From Chiloscyllium plagiosum (Eukaryota): a DNA stretch of 64,000 bases. Location: NCBI RefSeq assembly GCF_004010195.1, contig NC_057718.1, forward strand, positions 81,920,427 through 81,984,426, given 5' to 3'. A model generated the notes under the pieces. That model had not been told where the DNA came from. It did not search any database and saw nothing but the letters and a program-made list of their open reading frames with translations. Below are positions 52,681-64,000 of the stretch, piece after piece. The stretch's first letter is position 1. The number at the start of each line of letters is the position of its first letter. The translations under genes and the position numbers were made by a program.

Positions 52681-53837
52681 TTGCCCAACCTATTATTTGT
52701 ATCCTCCTTTGTAAACAAAGAATCAAATTATGCATTTAGTTGGTCATCACCCCCAGCAAAAATTGTTATCTCCCACAACAGAAGTGAAACTATTATTATT
52801 TTGCATTCAGAACAATCCCAGTCCTACACTTTCCTATAATGCATTTTAAAAAAAAAATTGAGATTTTCAACAAGGTTTGGTTAGAATTTAATTCATCAAA
52901 ATTCTTCATCAATTCCCCACAGTTTGCTTTAAATTACAGCCCTTTATAGTTTAACTCCGTTATACCAGCTGCAATTACTTGTTTAAACTGCTTTCCAAAT
53001 GTGTGCCCAGTTCCAGGTGATAATTCCAAATTTAAAAAAACCTCCCCACAAACTGTTTCCTGTTGTTGTATAAGGTATAAATTAACTTTTGGATATTGTG
53101 TAAAATGGGTGACACTGCATGAACTATCTTTTATAAAACACATGCCATATTCCTTTTTAATCTAAGTCAATGGTATTTATTTTGCAGAATCTAACGGGCA
53201 CCAATGCAATACCATTCATTTTAGAATCCTAATAGTGCAGTAAGAGGCCATTTAGCCAATTCAGTCTGCATCAACCCTCCAAAGAGCATTTCACCCAAAC
53301 CCACCACATCCCCTCACATGGGGATTTTACCAAGAATAATCCACATATCTCTGGACATGACAGGGCAATTTAGCATGGCCAATCCATCTAACTTGCACAG
53401 AGAAGGATCATGTGAACATATCAACTACAAAATATTTGAGAGGAAAATATAACCGTTTGTTTTATTTTACCCCTTTGGATGATGTAGTGTCTACATAATG
53501 GCTTGTTTTTTCCTTCCTAAGTCTAATATTCTAAAAGGAGTCACTAAAAAATGTAAGCACTATCCCATGAGTGAGAACTGAAACATAGCATGCATTGATA
53601 AATTGAAATCTGTCTGCTTTTCACCAGGTTAAAAAAAAACACCTTATATTAGAGTAAATTCACTTTTAACAAAATGAATATTCAATCTAATTATGGGGCT
53701 GTGGAATTCCACAAATAGTCAGACATACTTAACTTACAGAATTTGCCACAGCCCTTATGCTATTTTCCTCCCTATTTTGATCTTCAGGTATGGCATTAGA
53801 CATGACAGTGCAGCCACAAAATATTACCATCCCTTAC

Positions 53838-54570
53838 ATGAGTTAGCTTCCACTCATGCTTTGCTACTGCTTTGTAACCAGTCAGTGCCTCTCTATCTAG
53901 AAGATCTTGCTTCATTAGGATATTTTTCTCGAATTCGAGCAGCTTACTGAATTGGTCCTTCTTCGTCAGCCCAACCAAGTAAGATTCAACAAAATGGTCC
54001 TGGCCATGGGCACTATGTGATCTTGTACACTTCTGCAGTCGAGGCTTTATGAGCATGAGGTTCGATAGTTCCAATTCCTCTTTGGCAAGACGATCTGGTA
54101 CAGTTTGTGCCTGTGTGTGTGGGGATTCTGAACATGGCTTGTTTTGTGGGATTGCTGAATCACTGCAGACATTCTGAGAAGTTCTGGCACTACTCTGGTT
54201 GAGATGATTGCAGATAGGGCTCAGACGTGCAGGCTTTATTGGCACCGTACTACTCATCAGGTGACAGTCAACAAATGCAGCTGTCATTTTCTGAACATTG
54301 GCATCACTTAACTGCTGGAAAGATCTGTACTTTTTATCTTTCTTAAAAGGAGCAGGTTTTTTTGCACTCTTCCATAACACTGAGGTATCGTGATGCCTTG
54401 ATATTTTATGCAGGTTCCTATGGTTTAAATGTCCAAAGCTGTAGGCATGAATGTCAGCTTTCTGAGACTTCTCCAACTGATGGAGTAGCTGTCGGAGTGT
54501 TTTCTTTTGTGGGTCAGAATACTCCTTTGAGTTATTCTTCATTGATGTCATTGTTTCAGTGAAGTAAAAC
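53838..54570 (-). CDS. C6orf118: C6orf118 orthologue, large first visible coding exon (ATG at 54551; frame open up to the acceptor)
   Basis: ORF 53796..54551 contains LLHQLEKSQKADIHAYSFGHLNHRNL, EELELSNL and FVESYLVGLTKKDQFSKLLEFEKNILMKQDLL...TGYKAVAKHEWKL, which match human C6orf118 motifs as recalled. Acceptor is tttttcag|G at 54570; phase-0 donor is CAT|gtaagg at 53838. Confidence 0.9.
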
Positions 54571-54726
54571 CTGAAAAATCTATAACATAAAATAAAATAT
54601 CAATCTGATACAGAAATTTTACAGTAACTGCTCAATCTGCAAAATATCTATGAAAAAGTTTCTTGCTAAATCTTGTATTATGTATTATGTCAGAACTTGA
54701 ACTTGTTCCATTATCCATATTTACAT

Positions 54727-56340
54727 AGAGTCATAGAGATGAAGTAGACCCTTCAGTCCCTCTCAACCATATCGACCAGAATCAAGTCCCATTTGCTAGC
54801 ATTTAGCCTATATTCCTCTAAACCCTTCCTATTCATATACCCATCCAGGTGCCTTTTAAATTTTGTGATTGTATCACCCTCCACCACTTCCTCTGGCAGC
54901 TCATTCCATACACGCACCACCCTCTGCGTGAAAATGTTGCCCCTTAAGTTCCTTTTAAATCTTTCCCCTTGCACCCTAAATCTATGCCCTCGAGTTCTGG
55001 ATTCCCCCACCCCAGGGAAAAGACCTTGTCTATTTACCCTATCCATGCCCCTCAGGATTTTATAAACCTCGATAAGGTCACCCCTTAGCCTTCGATGCTG
55101 CAGAGCAAACAGCCCCAGCCTCTTCAGCAACTCCCTACACTTCAAACTGGCAACATCTTTGTAAATCTTTTCTGAATCCTTTCAAGTTTTACAACATACT
55201 TCCTATAGGAGGCAGACCACAATTGCACACAATATCCCAAAAATGGTCTAATCAATGTCCTATACAGCCACAACACGACCTCCTAGATCCAATACTTAAT
55301 GCCTGATCAATAAAGAAAAGCATACCAAACACCTTCTTCCCCATCCTATCTACCTGCGACTCCACTTTCAAGGAGCTATGAACCTGCATTCCAAGGTCCC
55401 TTTGTTCAGCAATACTCCCCAAGACCTTACCATTAACTGTATAAGTCCTGCTCTGATTTGCCTTTCCAAAATGCAGCACTTCACATTTATCTAAATTAAA
55501 CTCCATTTGCCACTCCTCGGCTCATTGGCAAATTTGATCAAGATCCCGTCGTACTCTGAGATAATCTTCTTTGCTGCCTACAACACCTCCAATTTTGGTG
55601 TCATCTGCAAACTTACTAACTATATCTCCTACGTTCATGGCCAAATCATTTATATAAATGACAAAAAGCAGTGGACCCAGCACCGATCCTTGTGGCACAC
55701 CATAGGTCACAGGCCTCCAGTCTGAAAGGTAACCCTCCACCACCACTCTCTGTCTAATATCTTTGAGCCAATTCTGTATCGAAATAGCATGTTCTCCCTG
55801 CATTCCATGTGATCTAACCTTGCTAACCAGTCTTCCATGAGGAACCTTGTTGAATGCCTTATTGAAGTCCATATAGATCACATCTACTGCTCTACCCTCA
55901 TTGATCCTCTTTGTTACTTCCTCAAAAAACTCAATCAAGTTAGTGAGACATGATTCCCCACGCACAAAGCCATGTTGACTATCCCTAATCAGTCCTTGCC
56001 TTTCCAAATACATGTAAATCCTGTCCCTCAGGATTCCCTCCAACAACTTACCTATCACTGATGTTAGGCTCACCGGTCTATAATTCCCTGGCACCTTCCT
56101 TAAATAGTGGCCCCATGTTAGCCAATCTTCAGTCTTCCGGCACCTCACCTATGACTATCGAGAGTAGAAATATCTCAGCAAGGTGCCCAGCAATCATTTC
56201 CCTAGCTTCCCACATAGTTCTGGGGTACATCTGATCAAGTCCTGGGTATTTATCCAACTTTATGCGTCAAGACACCCAGCACTTCCTCCTCTTTCATACA
56301 GACATTTTTCAAGATGTCACCATCTATTTCCTCACATTCT
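54727..56340 (-). mobile_element. CR1-group (HER1-like) LINE 3' 1.6 kb
   Basis: Well-preserved RT ([48 protein letters not shown]) and 3' tail. Confidence 0.92.
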
Positions 56341-56444
56341 ATCTGTAATTGTGACATTAAGTAGAGACAAATTCCAAAAACCACATTCCTACTTATTCAT
56401 TTGCTTCTGACAGGTAACGGTAAGGTTACGTTTAAGCAACTATG

Positions 56445-56748
56445 TTGGCTCATGCTTAGCACTGCTACCTCACAGCGCCAGCGACCCGGCTTCGAATCCA
56501 GCCTCGGGCGACTATCTGTGTGGCGTTTGTACATTGTCCCCGTGTCTGTGTAGGTTTGCTCTGGTTTCCTCCAACAAAGATGTGCAGGTTAGGTGAATTG
56601 GCCACTCTAAATTGCCCATAATGTTTAGGGATGTGCAGGTTAGGTGCATTAGCCAGTGGTAAATGTGGAGTAATAGGGGAGTGGGTTACTCTTCCGAGGG
56701 TCAGTGTGGAATTGTTGGGCCGAAGGGCCTGTTTTCACACTGTATTCT
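56445..56748 (+). mobile_element. HE1-like SINE
   Basis: tggctcatgcttagcactgctacctcacagcgcc...ttcgaatcc; LINE-like tail gggccgaagggcctgttttcacactgt. Confidence 0.8.
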
Positions 56749-57264
56749 AAAAACTACAATCAATAAAAAGCGAACAGTTTTGAGCATATATCAAAATTTA
56801 GTACCTAACTACAGTTCTTCCAAGTTATATTTTTGTATCAAGTATTAGGCATATTGAACAGCCATATCCAAACCTTCAGAAGTTTACCATTTTGCTGGGC
56901 AACAGACAAGCTTTAAACAAGTATCTCACAACTTGCTGAAGATAGGGTGATCAGAAAGTTAAAGTAAACGAGTATTAAAAGAACAGATCTGCCAACTCTG
57001 GTTGCCTGTGTTCCTGTAGATTTTGGTATATGACCTCCTGCCTCCAACATATTGCACCACTGGGTTCTGGGAACATGTGCTCTGACCATGGATTAACTCT
57101 GCATTTTATAATGTATTTCAGCACCAAAGAGTAACATTTGTTATTGCAAGACTCATTTCCCAGTGGTTCCTCATCAAAATCAGTTTCACATTTATACTGT
57201 CTCGTAATATTCACACACATTGAGGACATAAAATGTCCCGAACTGCTCGATTCAGTCCGATCTT

Positions 57265-57795
57265 AATGTGGAGGTGCCGATATTGGACTGGGTTGGACAA
57301 GGTCAAAAATCACACAATATCAGGTTACAGTCCAATGGGTTTATTTGAAAACACTAGCTTTCAGAGCGCTGCTCCGTCATCAGGTGTTAGTGAGACAAGA
57401 AGACAAAGTTTGTGAGAAGATTTGTAGCTTGGGTGCTCGTTGTTGTGGTTCTGTGGCAACACAAATTCCCAGCTCGGCGAACAAACCACAAGACAGGAAG
57501 ACCTGAGACAGAGAATTTATAAGGAAAAGATCAAAGGGTCATGCAACTCATACGAACAAATTGAACACACTTAAGATGGCTCTTAAATCTTCAATCTAAC
57601 TGTTTAAAGATTTAGGTGTCATCTTATGTGTGTCCAATTAGTTTGCATGAGTTGTATGACCCTTTCACCTTTTCCTTGTAAATTCTGTGTCTAAGGTCTT
57701 CCTCTCTCACTCTCACCTGAAGGAGCAACTCTCCGAAAGCTAGTGTTTTTAACTCAACCCGTTGAACCTGGTGTCATGTGATTTTTGACCCAGTT
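57265..57795. mobile_element. Fold-back PLE pseudo-LTR (family B) with a nested fragment of another repeat (about 57400-57492)
   Basis: 57493-57592 is inverted to about 57608-57705, and 57300-57388 is inverted to 57712-57790. Confidence 0.78.
57350..57388 (-). ncRNA. Minimal type I hammerhead ribozyme motif (family B)
   Basis: Reverse complement is aacac-CTGATGA-c-GGAGC agc GCTCT-GAAA-GC-TA-gtgtt: perfect 5-bp helix I, 5-bp helix II and palindromic AGCT helix III. Confidence 0.72.
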
Positions 57796-58651
57796 CGATC
57801 ATGGGGGAGCTGTAATTCAATGCCATTTTCCTACCTTCATCCCATACCCATTGATACCATAACCTAACAAAAACCTACATTCTGCAACCTGGAGAGCTCC
57901 AAATGTCTACACATCCACAACCTTTTGACTGAGATTTCCATATTTCCATTTCCTTTTGCATGAAAATAAGCTGCCTTACTTCTTAATGACCACATTTAAA
58001 CTAGTCCAAGAGTGATTTCCCCAGTGGACATTGTCTCTGTTCACCCTACACTACCAAATTCTTTAACATCTTAAACACCTTGGCTAAATAAACCCACATT
58101 CTCCTAAATCAAGGAAATCCAACCCACATTTATGAAACATCTGTTAATTCTTTAAAACTCTGCATCATTGCTAAGTCTATGTTGCATCACCTCCAAGACT
58201 GATCTGGCTTTATTGAGAGTTGATGTCCAAAACTGAATATAGTCAATTTACCAAACAAGAAAAACAGGGAACACAGGAATAGGAGTAGACCATTCAACCC
58301 CTCAAGCCTGTTCCACCATTCAACGATAACATGGCTGATCTCTGGCTGAACTCCATTTATCGACCCATATCCTTAATACCTTTGCTAATACAAAATGATT
58401 TATCTCTTATTTAAAATTAACAACTGATCTAGCATCAACTGCCATTTGTGGATCGAAAATTCTTCCACCCTTTCAGTGTAGACTATACACAGGAAGGAAG
58501 AAAACCAAATCTTCTATAACTTTTGACAAAGATGACCTGACTTACAATCTAGATAACTGAAACATGCATCTATCTAACCAAAGAAAGTACTTTTGTTCAC
58601 TTAGTACAGTTTTCACTAATCAGTTGTACCAGTGAAAGTCTTTACATATGT

Positions 58652-58955
58652 TAGATTAGATTCTCTATAGTATGGAAACAGGGCCTTTGGCACAACAAGT
58701 CCATAGTGACCCTCCAAATAGTAACTCACCCAGACCCATTCCCCCACCCTATATTTACTAATACACCTAACACTATGGGCAATTTAGCATAGTCGATTCA
58801 CCTGACCTGCACATCTTTGGATTGTGGGAGGAAACTGGAGCACCTGGAGGAAACCCACACAGACACGGGGAAAATGTGCAAACTCCACATAGACAGAACC
58901 CGAGTCCCTGGCGCTGTGAGACTGCAGTGCTATCCACTGAGTCACCATGCCACCC
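58652..58955 (-). mobile_element. HE1-like SINE
   Basis: Same structure as 59434-59752, more diverged. Confidence 0.82.
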
Positions 58956-59433
58956 AAATTATAACATGGTTTGTATGTGTGTTACCTATCTTTTCACATA
59001 AGGTTAATAATTTTATACTTAAGACAGTACTGCTTGCAATTATAAAGTATTTCCATAAAGGAATCTGCTTATGGAGGGCATCATTTTAACATTTAAAAAG
59101 ATAAGTCTAGACCACACTTCTTTGCGTACCCTTCTGCAGCAGGAAGAACAAAGCTCTTGTATTGAATTAGTGCCTTAGATGACAATTGTCCTAAGATACC
59201 TGACAGCTAGTTAAGTATTTCTGAAATGTACTTGCTGCTGTAATTTAGAAAATGCAGAACTTTATTTATGCAGGGCAATTTCCCACAAACAGCAATGTGA
59301 CATTATTCATTGAATCATTAAATGATATAGCACACAGAAATATTTTGGCCCACTATACCTTGTATGGCCACGGAATGTACTGTGCAATTAGTTATATTTC
59401 CTGCCACTTCACAATAGTCTTACAAATGCTTTT

Positions 59434-59752
59434 TTAGATTAGATTACATTACAGTGTGGAAACAGGCCCTTCGGCCCAACAAGTCCACATCGACCCGCCG
59501 AAGCGCAACCCACCCATACCCCTACATTTACATTTAACCCTTACCTAACACTACAGGCAATTTAGTATGGCCAATTCACCTAACCTGCACATCTTTGGAC
59601 TGTGGGAGGAAACCGGAGCACCCGGAGGAAACCCACGCAGACACGGGGAGAACGTGCAAATTTCACACAGTCAGTCGCCTGAGGCGAGAATTGAACCCGG
59701 GTCTCTGGCGCTGTGAGGCAGCAGTGCTAACCACTGTGCCACCGTGCCGCCC
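59434..59752 (-). mobile_element. HE1-like tRNA-derived SINE, young complete copy
   Basis: Reverse complement begins gggcggcacggtggcacagtggttagcactgctgcctcacagcgcc; B box ggttcaattc; CpG-rich; LINE-derived tail ending (taatc)n. Confidence 0.9.
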
Positions 59753-60031
59753 ACAAATTCCTTCATTAAACTTGGAACCCGTCAGACATTGCATTTCACA
59801 ACATAATGGGAAAAGTTTCCCTGATTGGCCTTCCATGGTTAGGTTTAAAACACCAGGCCATCTTTGCTACTTTTAAGGAACACAAGGTGAATAAGCTGAT
59901 ATGATATCCCGACTGCTTCATGTCCTGACCCATTTGCAGCATGGCAATGTGCTTATCCAAAGTTGAATAAATATTTTTGTATATTATGGAATGCCATACA
60001 CAAAGTCTCTAATATCAGGATAACCTAAAGT

Positions 60032-60218
60032 CAGTGCTTCCTAAGCTTTCTCTCTCTGAGATCCCACTTCAAATTTTGAAAATAAATGATGACCCCTCAA
60101 CGAGAACCATTACAGCAGAATTACTATAAAACTTGGCCAGCACTCCACAGCGGCCACTGTTGCCTCAGAACTTTCAGGAGCACATTTGGAACCCTAAGCC
60201 TCACTTTGAGAAGCACTG
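60032..60218. mobile_element. Probable hAT/Charlie-type MITE (187 bp)
   Basis: Imperfect TIRs CAGTGCTTCCTAAG... / ...TTTGAGAAGCACTG; 8-bp TSD poorly preserved. Confidence 0.5.
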
Positions 60219-60599
60219 ATTTAAGCTCAGTAGGCATTTTATCAATCATATAGAATATGAAGTTGGACATTACATGCCAGGCATGTTTTTAGCAGGAGGA
60301 CATGTAAAATAGGTCAGGTACTCAATCCACAATCTTTCTACACATCCCAAGCTGCCTGTAATAATATGTTAAGCAGGTCAAGATCACTCACTCAATGTAA
60401 ATAAAAATTAAAGGTCAATTAGCCTATTGACCAGGATTATACACTTCCAATTCCATAATACAAATGGTTTAAATGAAAAAGTGGAGGAAGGAAATGGGCA
60501 AGACATTCAGGGGGTGCCCAACATACATCAGGGGAAAATTCCAAGATATGCTAGTTTCTGCGTCTGTAGGTTGCTAATGTGCAAAGATTGCCATCAGTA

Positions 60600-61490
60600 G
60601 AATGATTTGCTCTTTGTGTCGGAATTGGGAGATTAGGAAGAGTTTTCATGTTACTGATGATTAAGTCTGCAGGAAGTGTGTTTGGTTGTGAATCCTATTG
60701 GATTGCATGAAGCATATGGAGCAGCGGTTAGAGGCAATGAGGAATTTATGGGAACTCGGGGGTGTGATAGATGGTAATTGCAGAAAGGTAGAAAAATCAC
60801 AGATACAGTCAGGTAGATGGATAACCTCCAGGAAAGGTAGGAGAGGAAAGAAGGTAATATAGGAATCTCCTGTGGCTATCCCCATCTCAAACAAGTATGC
60901 TGTTTTGGAAAATGTAGGGTGCGATGGACTCTTAGGGGAATGTAGCAATGACAGCCAGGTTTCTGGAACAGAGATGGCCTCAAAAGTAACATGGGGTACA
61001 TCAGGTTCCAAGCGATCAATTATCATAGGGAAGTCTCTCGTCAGAGGCACAGATAGAAGTCACTGTTACGGACAACAAGACTTCAGAACAGTGTGTTGCC
61101 TACCTCGTGCCAGAATTAAGGATAACTCAGAGGGTGCAGAGTATTCTTAAAGAAGAGAGGGAGCAGCAAGAGATCATTGTACACATTGGAGCTAATAACA
61201 TAGGAAAAGGAAAGATCGAGGTTCTGAGCAGAAAATAAAGGACATTAGGCAGGATTTTAAAAGTAGGTTCTCAAGAGTAGTAATATTTGGATTATTCCCA
61301 GTGTCATGAGCTAGTGACAGTAGGAATAGAAGGATACAGCAGATGAATGCATGGCTGATGAGTTGGTGCAGGAGAGGAGGATTCACATTTTTGGATCATT
61401 GGAATCTTTTCTGGGATAGAAGTGGCCTGAATAAGAAGGACAGATTGCACTTGAATTGGAAGGAGACTAATATACTAGTGAAAAGATTTG
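60600..61490 (+). mobile_element. CR1-group LINE ORF1 remnant
   Basis: IPISNKYAVLE, IIGKSLVRGTDR, VCCLP, NAWLMSWCRRGGFTFLDHW..DRLHLN (SGNH esterase-type ORF1). Confidence 0.82.
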
Positions 61491-62764
61491 AGCACTTTTG
61501 TCTTGATCTTTGCAACGTTTTGTGTTTACAAGCTTTAATGTTTTTACAGTACTTAATTAAGGATCTTTGTACAATGAAAGGGTTAGGGATTTTGGGCTGG
61601 CTGTTTGAGACCCAGATGCTTGACTGAAAAAGGAATTTGACTTGGGTTGTGTGATCCCACTCGCTGAGGTTCATAGGATTAAGAGGAGACACTGTGGCCA
61701 AGTGGTCAATGGCCTAAATATCTAGGCCCAACTTGAAATTGTCTCAACAGTTTCTGCAATCAAGGCCTGATGGAATGAAGAGAGGCTAATGTTATCACCG
61801 GTGAAAAGCTAAAAATAACCAGTTCAGATCTGTCTTACATATTGAATTAAGGATTGCTCTCGTTTAATGTTATTTGGATGCTGGAATGATCAAGGTTGGA
61901 ACAATGCTTGCCTCCTGTACAGCAGAATACATTCAAAATCATGTTCCACACATGTATAAGAAGATATTTTCTATACAAGTAAAATATTTTACTATACATT
62001 TTTAAAAAGTACACATTTTAGACTGTGATTCAGCTGAACAGCTAAGCAATAAAAACTCAGTCTTAAAAATATCAGTAATCACAGAAGTAATTAGCTTCCC
62101 TATACTACCCCTCTTGCTCACCCTCTTTCCCCATCACCTATTTTCTGGGATGGGAAATCCAGGCAAAGTAACAGAAGCTGATATTTAGATGTAACCAGGA
62201 TTTTTTTACATTACTTTATTTTCATAATAGTGTAGCAAATATATATATATATGATCCTTAATTGTAAAAGAAGCACAAACTGCTTGAATAGAACTGTATG
62301 TTTTTGTTTAAATTGGGATGCCTCAAAATTCAGGGGAGAAAAATCAACATGATACAAATGGTCATGTTAAATTTGTAATAAATTTATTAGGACATAAGTA
62401 TCATGCAATGAATGCAGAATAAGTCTTTTTTGCTGATTAAGTTAGAGTTTAATTGCTTGCCAAGGAAACTGAACTTTGAGATCAGTTAAAGTTTACTCAT
62501 TTTTGAGGCTAGTCAGAAAATGGAATGGTGAATTGCTTGCTCTATCAATTGATTGCTTCCAAAAGCATATTAAATAGTCTTGGAGACTAATTTCAGTTTC
62601 TCTGATGAGTATTCAAATATTGGCTCTTTTCAGTAGTCAGATATTGCATACAGTAAAATTGTTGTAGAAGTCAAAATCTTTTGCTTTTTGTATGGGTTTG
62701 ATGTGGACTAAACAGCTTTTAGTGAAATTAAGCAGTCACATATTTCCAAATGACAACAGACCAG

Positions 62765-62945
62765 TCTCTCAGTGTGTGACAAAGGAGGTGAATTTAACCT
62801 GAGGGTCATCATGCCTCAGGTGAGGGGTGAAGTTGAGAAGCTGTGCTCTTCATGATGACCTCAGCCGGTAAGGGAATTGAACCCCCATGATTTTGGCATC
62901 ACTCTGCATTGCAAACTACATCTAGTCAGCCAACTGAGCAAACTG
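62765..62945 (-). mobile_element. tRNA-derived SINE (non-HE1 family)
   Basis: Reverse complement begins gctcagttggctg (A box) and has ggttcaattccc (B box). Confidence 0.55.
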
Positions 62946-63002
62946 ATCCCAACCCCAGACAATTCTATTTCTGTGAAGCATCACACAAGAATGGCCATAG
63001 TT

Positions 63003-63620
63003 TGGATAGTGAAGGCGGCGTTTGATATGCTTTCCTTTCTTGGTCAGACCATTGACTATAGGTGTTGGGAGGTCATGTTGCAGCTGTATAGGACATTGGT
63101 TAGGCCACTTTTGGAAGGATGTTGTGAAACTTGAAAGGGTTCAGAAAAGATTCATAAGGATGTTGCCAGGGTTGGAGGATTTGAGCTATAGGGAGATGTT
63201 GAATAGGCTGGGGCTGTTTTCCCTGGAGCGTTGAAGGCTGACCAGTGACCTTATAAAGGTTAACATAATCATGAGGGGCATGGATAGGATAAATAGACAA
63301 AGTCTTTTCCCTGGGGTGGGGAAGTCCAGAACCAGCGGGCATAGGTTTAGGTGTGAGGGAAAAGATATAAAAGGGACCTAAGGTGCAACTTTTTCACGCA
63401 GAGGATGGTGTGTGTATGGAATGAACTGCCAGAGGAAGTGATGTAGGCTGGTACAATTGCAACATTTAAAAGGCACCTGGATGGGTAAATGAATAGGAAG
63501 AGTTTAGAGCGATATGGACCAAGTGCTGGCAAATGGGACTAGATTAAGTTGGTATATCTGGTCAGCATGGACCAGTTGGACCGAAGGGTCTGTTTCCGTG
63601 CTGTACATCTCTATCACTCC
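63003..63620 (+). mobile_element. CR1-group (HER1-like) LINE 3' fragment
   Basis: Near-paralogous to 1-669. Confidence 0.9.
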
Positions 63621-63736
63621 AATACAGAGGTGCTTGAAACTCTTTAAGAAGTACACTGCCAGAACAATAACGAGAGATATGATGTTTGTGTATTCCCCAG
63701 TGTTGGCCAGGCTTCTTGGCACCATGCAGCCATCAT

Positions 63737-64000
63737 ATAGACAATAGACAATAGGTGCAGGAGTAGGCCATTCATTCCTTCGAGCCTGCACTGCCATTCA
63801 ATATAATCATGGCTGATCATTCCTAATCAGTATCCTGTTCCTGCCTTATCTCCATAACCCTTGATTCCACTATCTTTGAGAGCTCTATCCAACTCCTACT
63901 TAAATGAATCCAGAGAGTGGGCCTCCACTGCCCTCTGGGGCAGAGCATTCCACACAGCCACCACTCTCTGGGTGAAGAAGTTTCTCCTGAGCTCTATCCT
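63737..64000 (-). mobile_element. CR1-group LINE 3' end running off the window
   Basis: (tagacaa)n tail, ggtgcaggagtaggccattc, and the reverse complement of FFTQRVVAVWNALPQ. Confidence 0.8.

Noticed and set aside
59660..59752. tRNA gene
   Set aside because: The A and B boxes belong to the SINE head and run on into the SINE body and LINE-derived tail.
56340..62760. First exon or promoter of C6orf118
   Set aside because: Isolated donor-like sites exist (for example near 58541), but there is no CpG island, homology or convincing exon.

Overview
This is eukaryotic, repeat-dominated DNA from a cartilaginous fish. The shark/ray assignment is inferred from HE1-type SINEs, HER1/CR1-type LINEs and a DeuSINE. 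One host gene can be reconstructed on the minus strand: a C6orf118 orthologue with 9 coding exons between 54570 and 13805, all GT-AG and phase-consistent, giving about 493 aa from ATG 54551. The rest is a nested mosaic of CR1-group LINEs (one near full-length at about 19410-23572), two degenerate Penelope-like elements (PLEs), solo LTRs, tRNA-derived SINEs and a decayed GalEa-like Ty1/copia gag-pol. The most notable structure is at least 12 short PLE-derived insertions, mostly fold-backs. Most are flanked by 9-15 bp target-site duplications (TSDs), and several carry minimal type I hammerhead ribozyme cores, some in the sense of the C6orf118 pre-mRNA. A LINE tail has also inserted inside a 3' splice site. 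Family assignments rest on motifs recognised from memory, not on database searches. TE boundaries are approximate unless TSDs are given.
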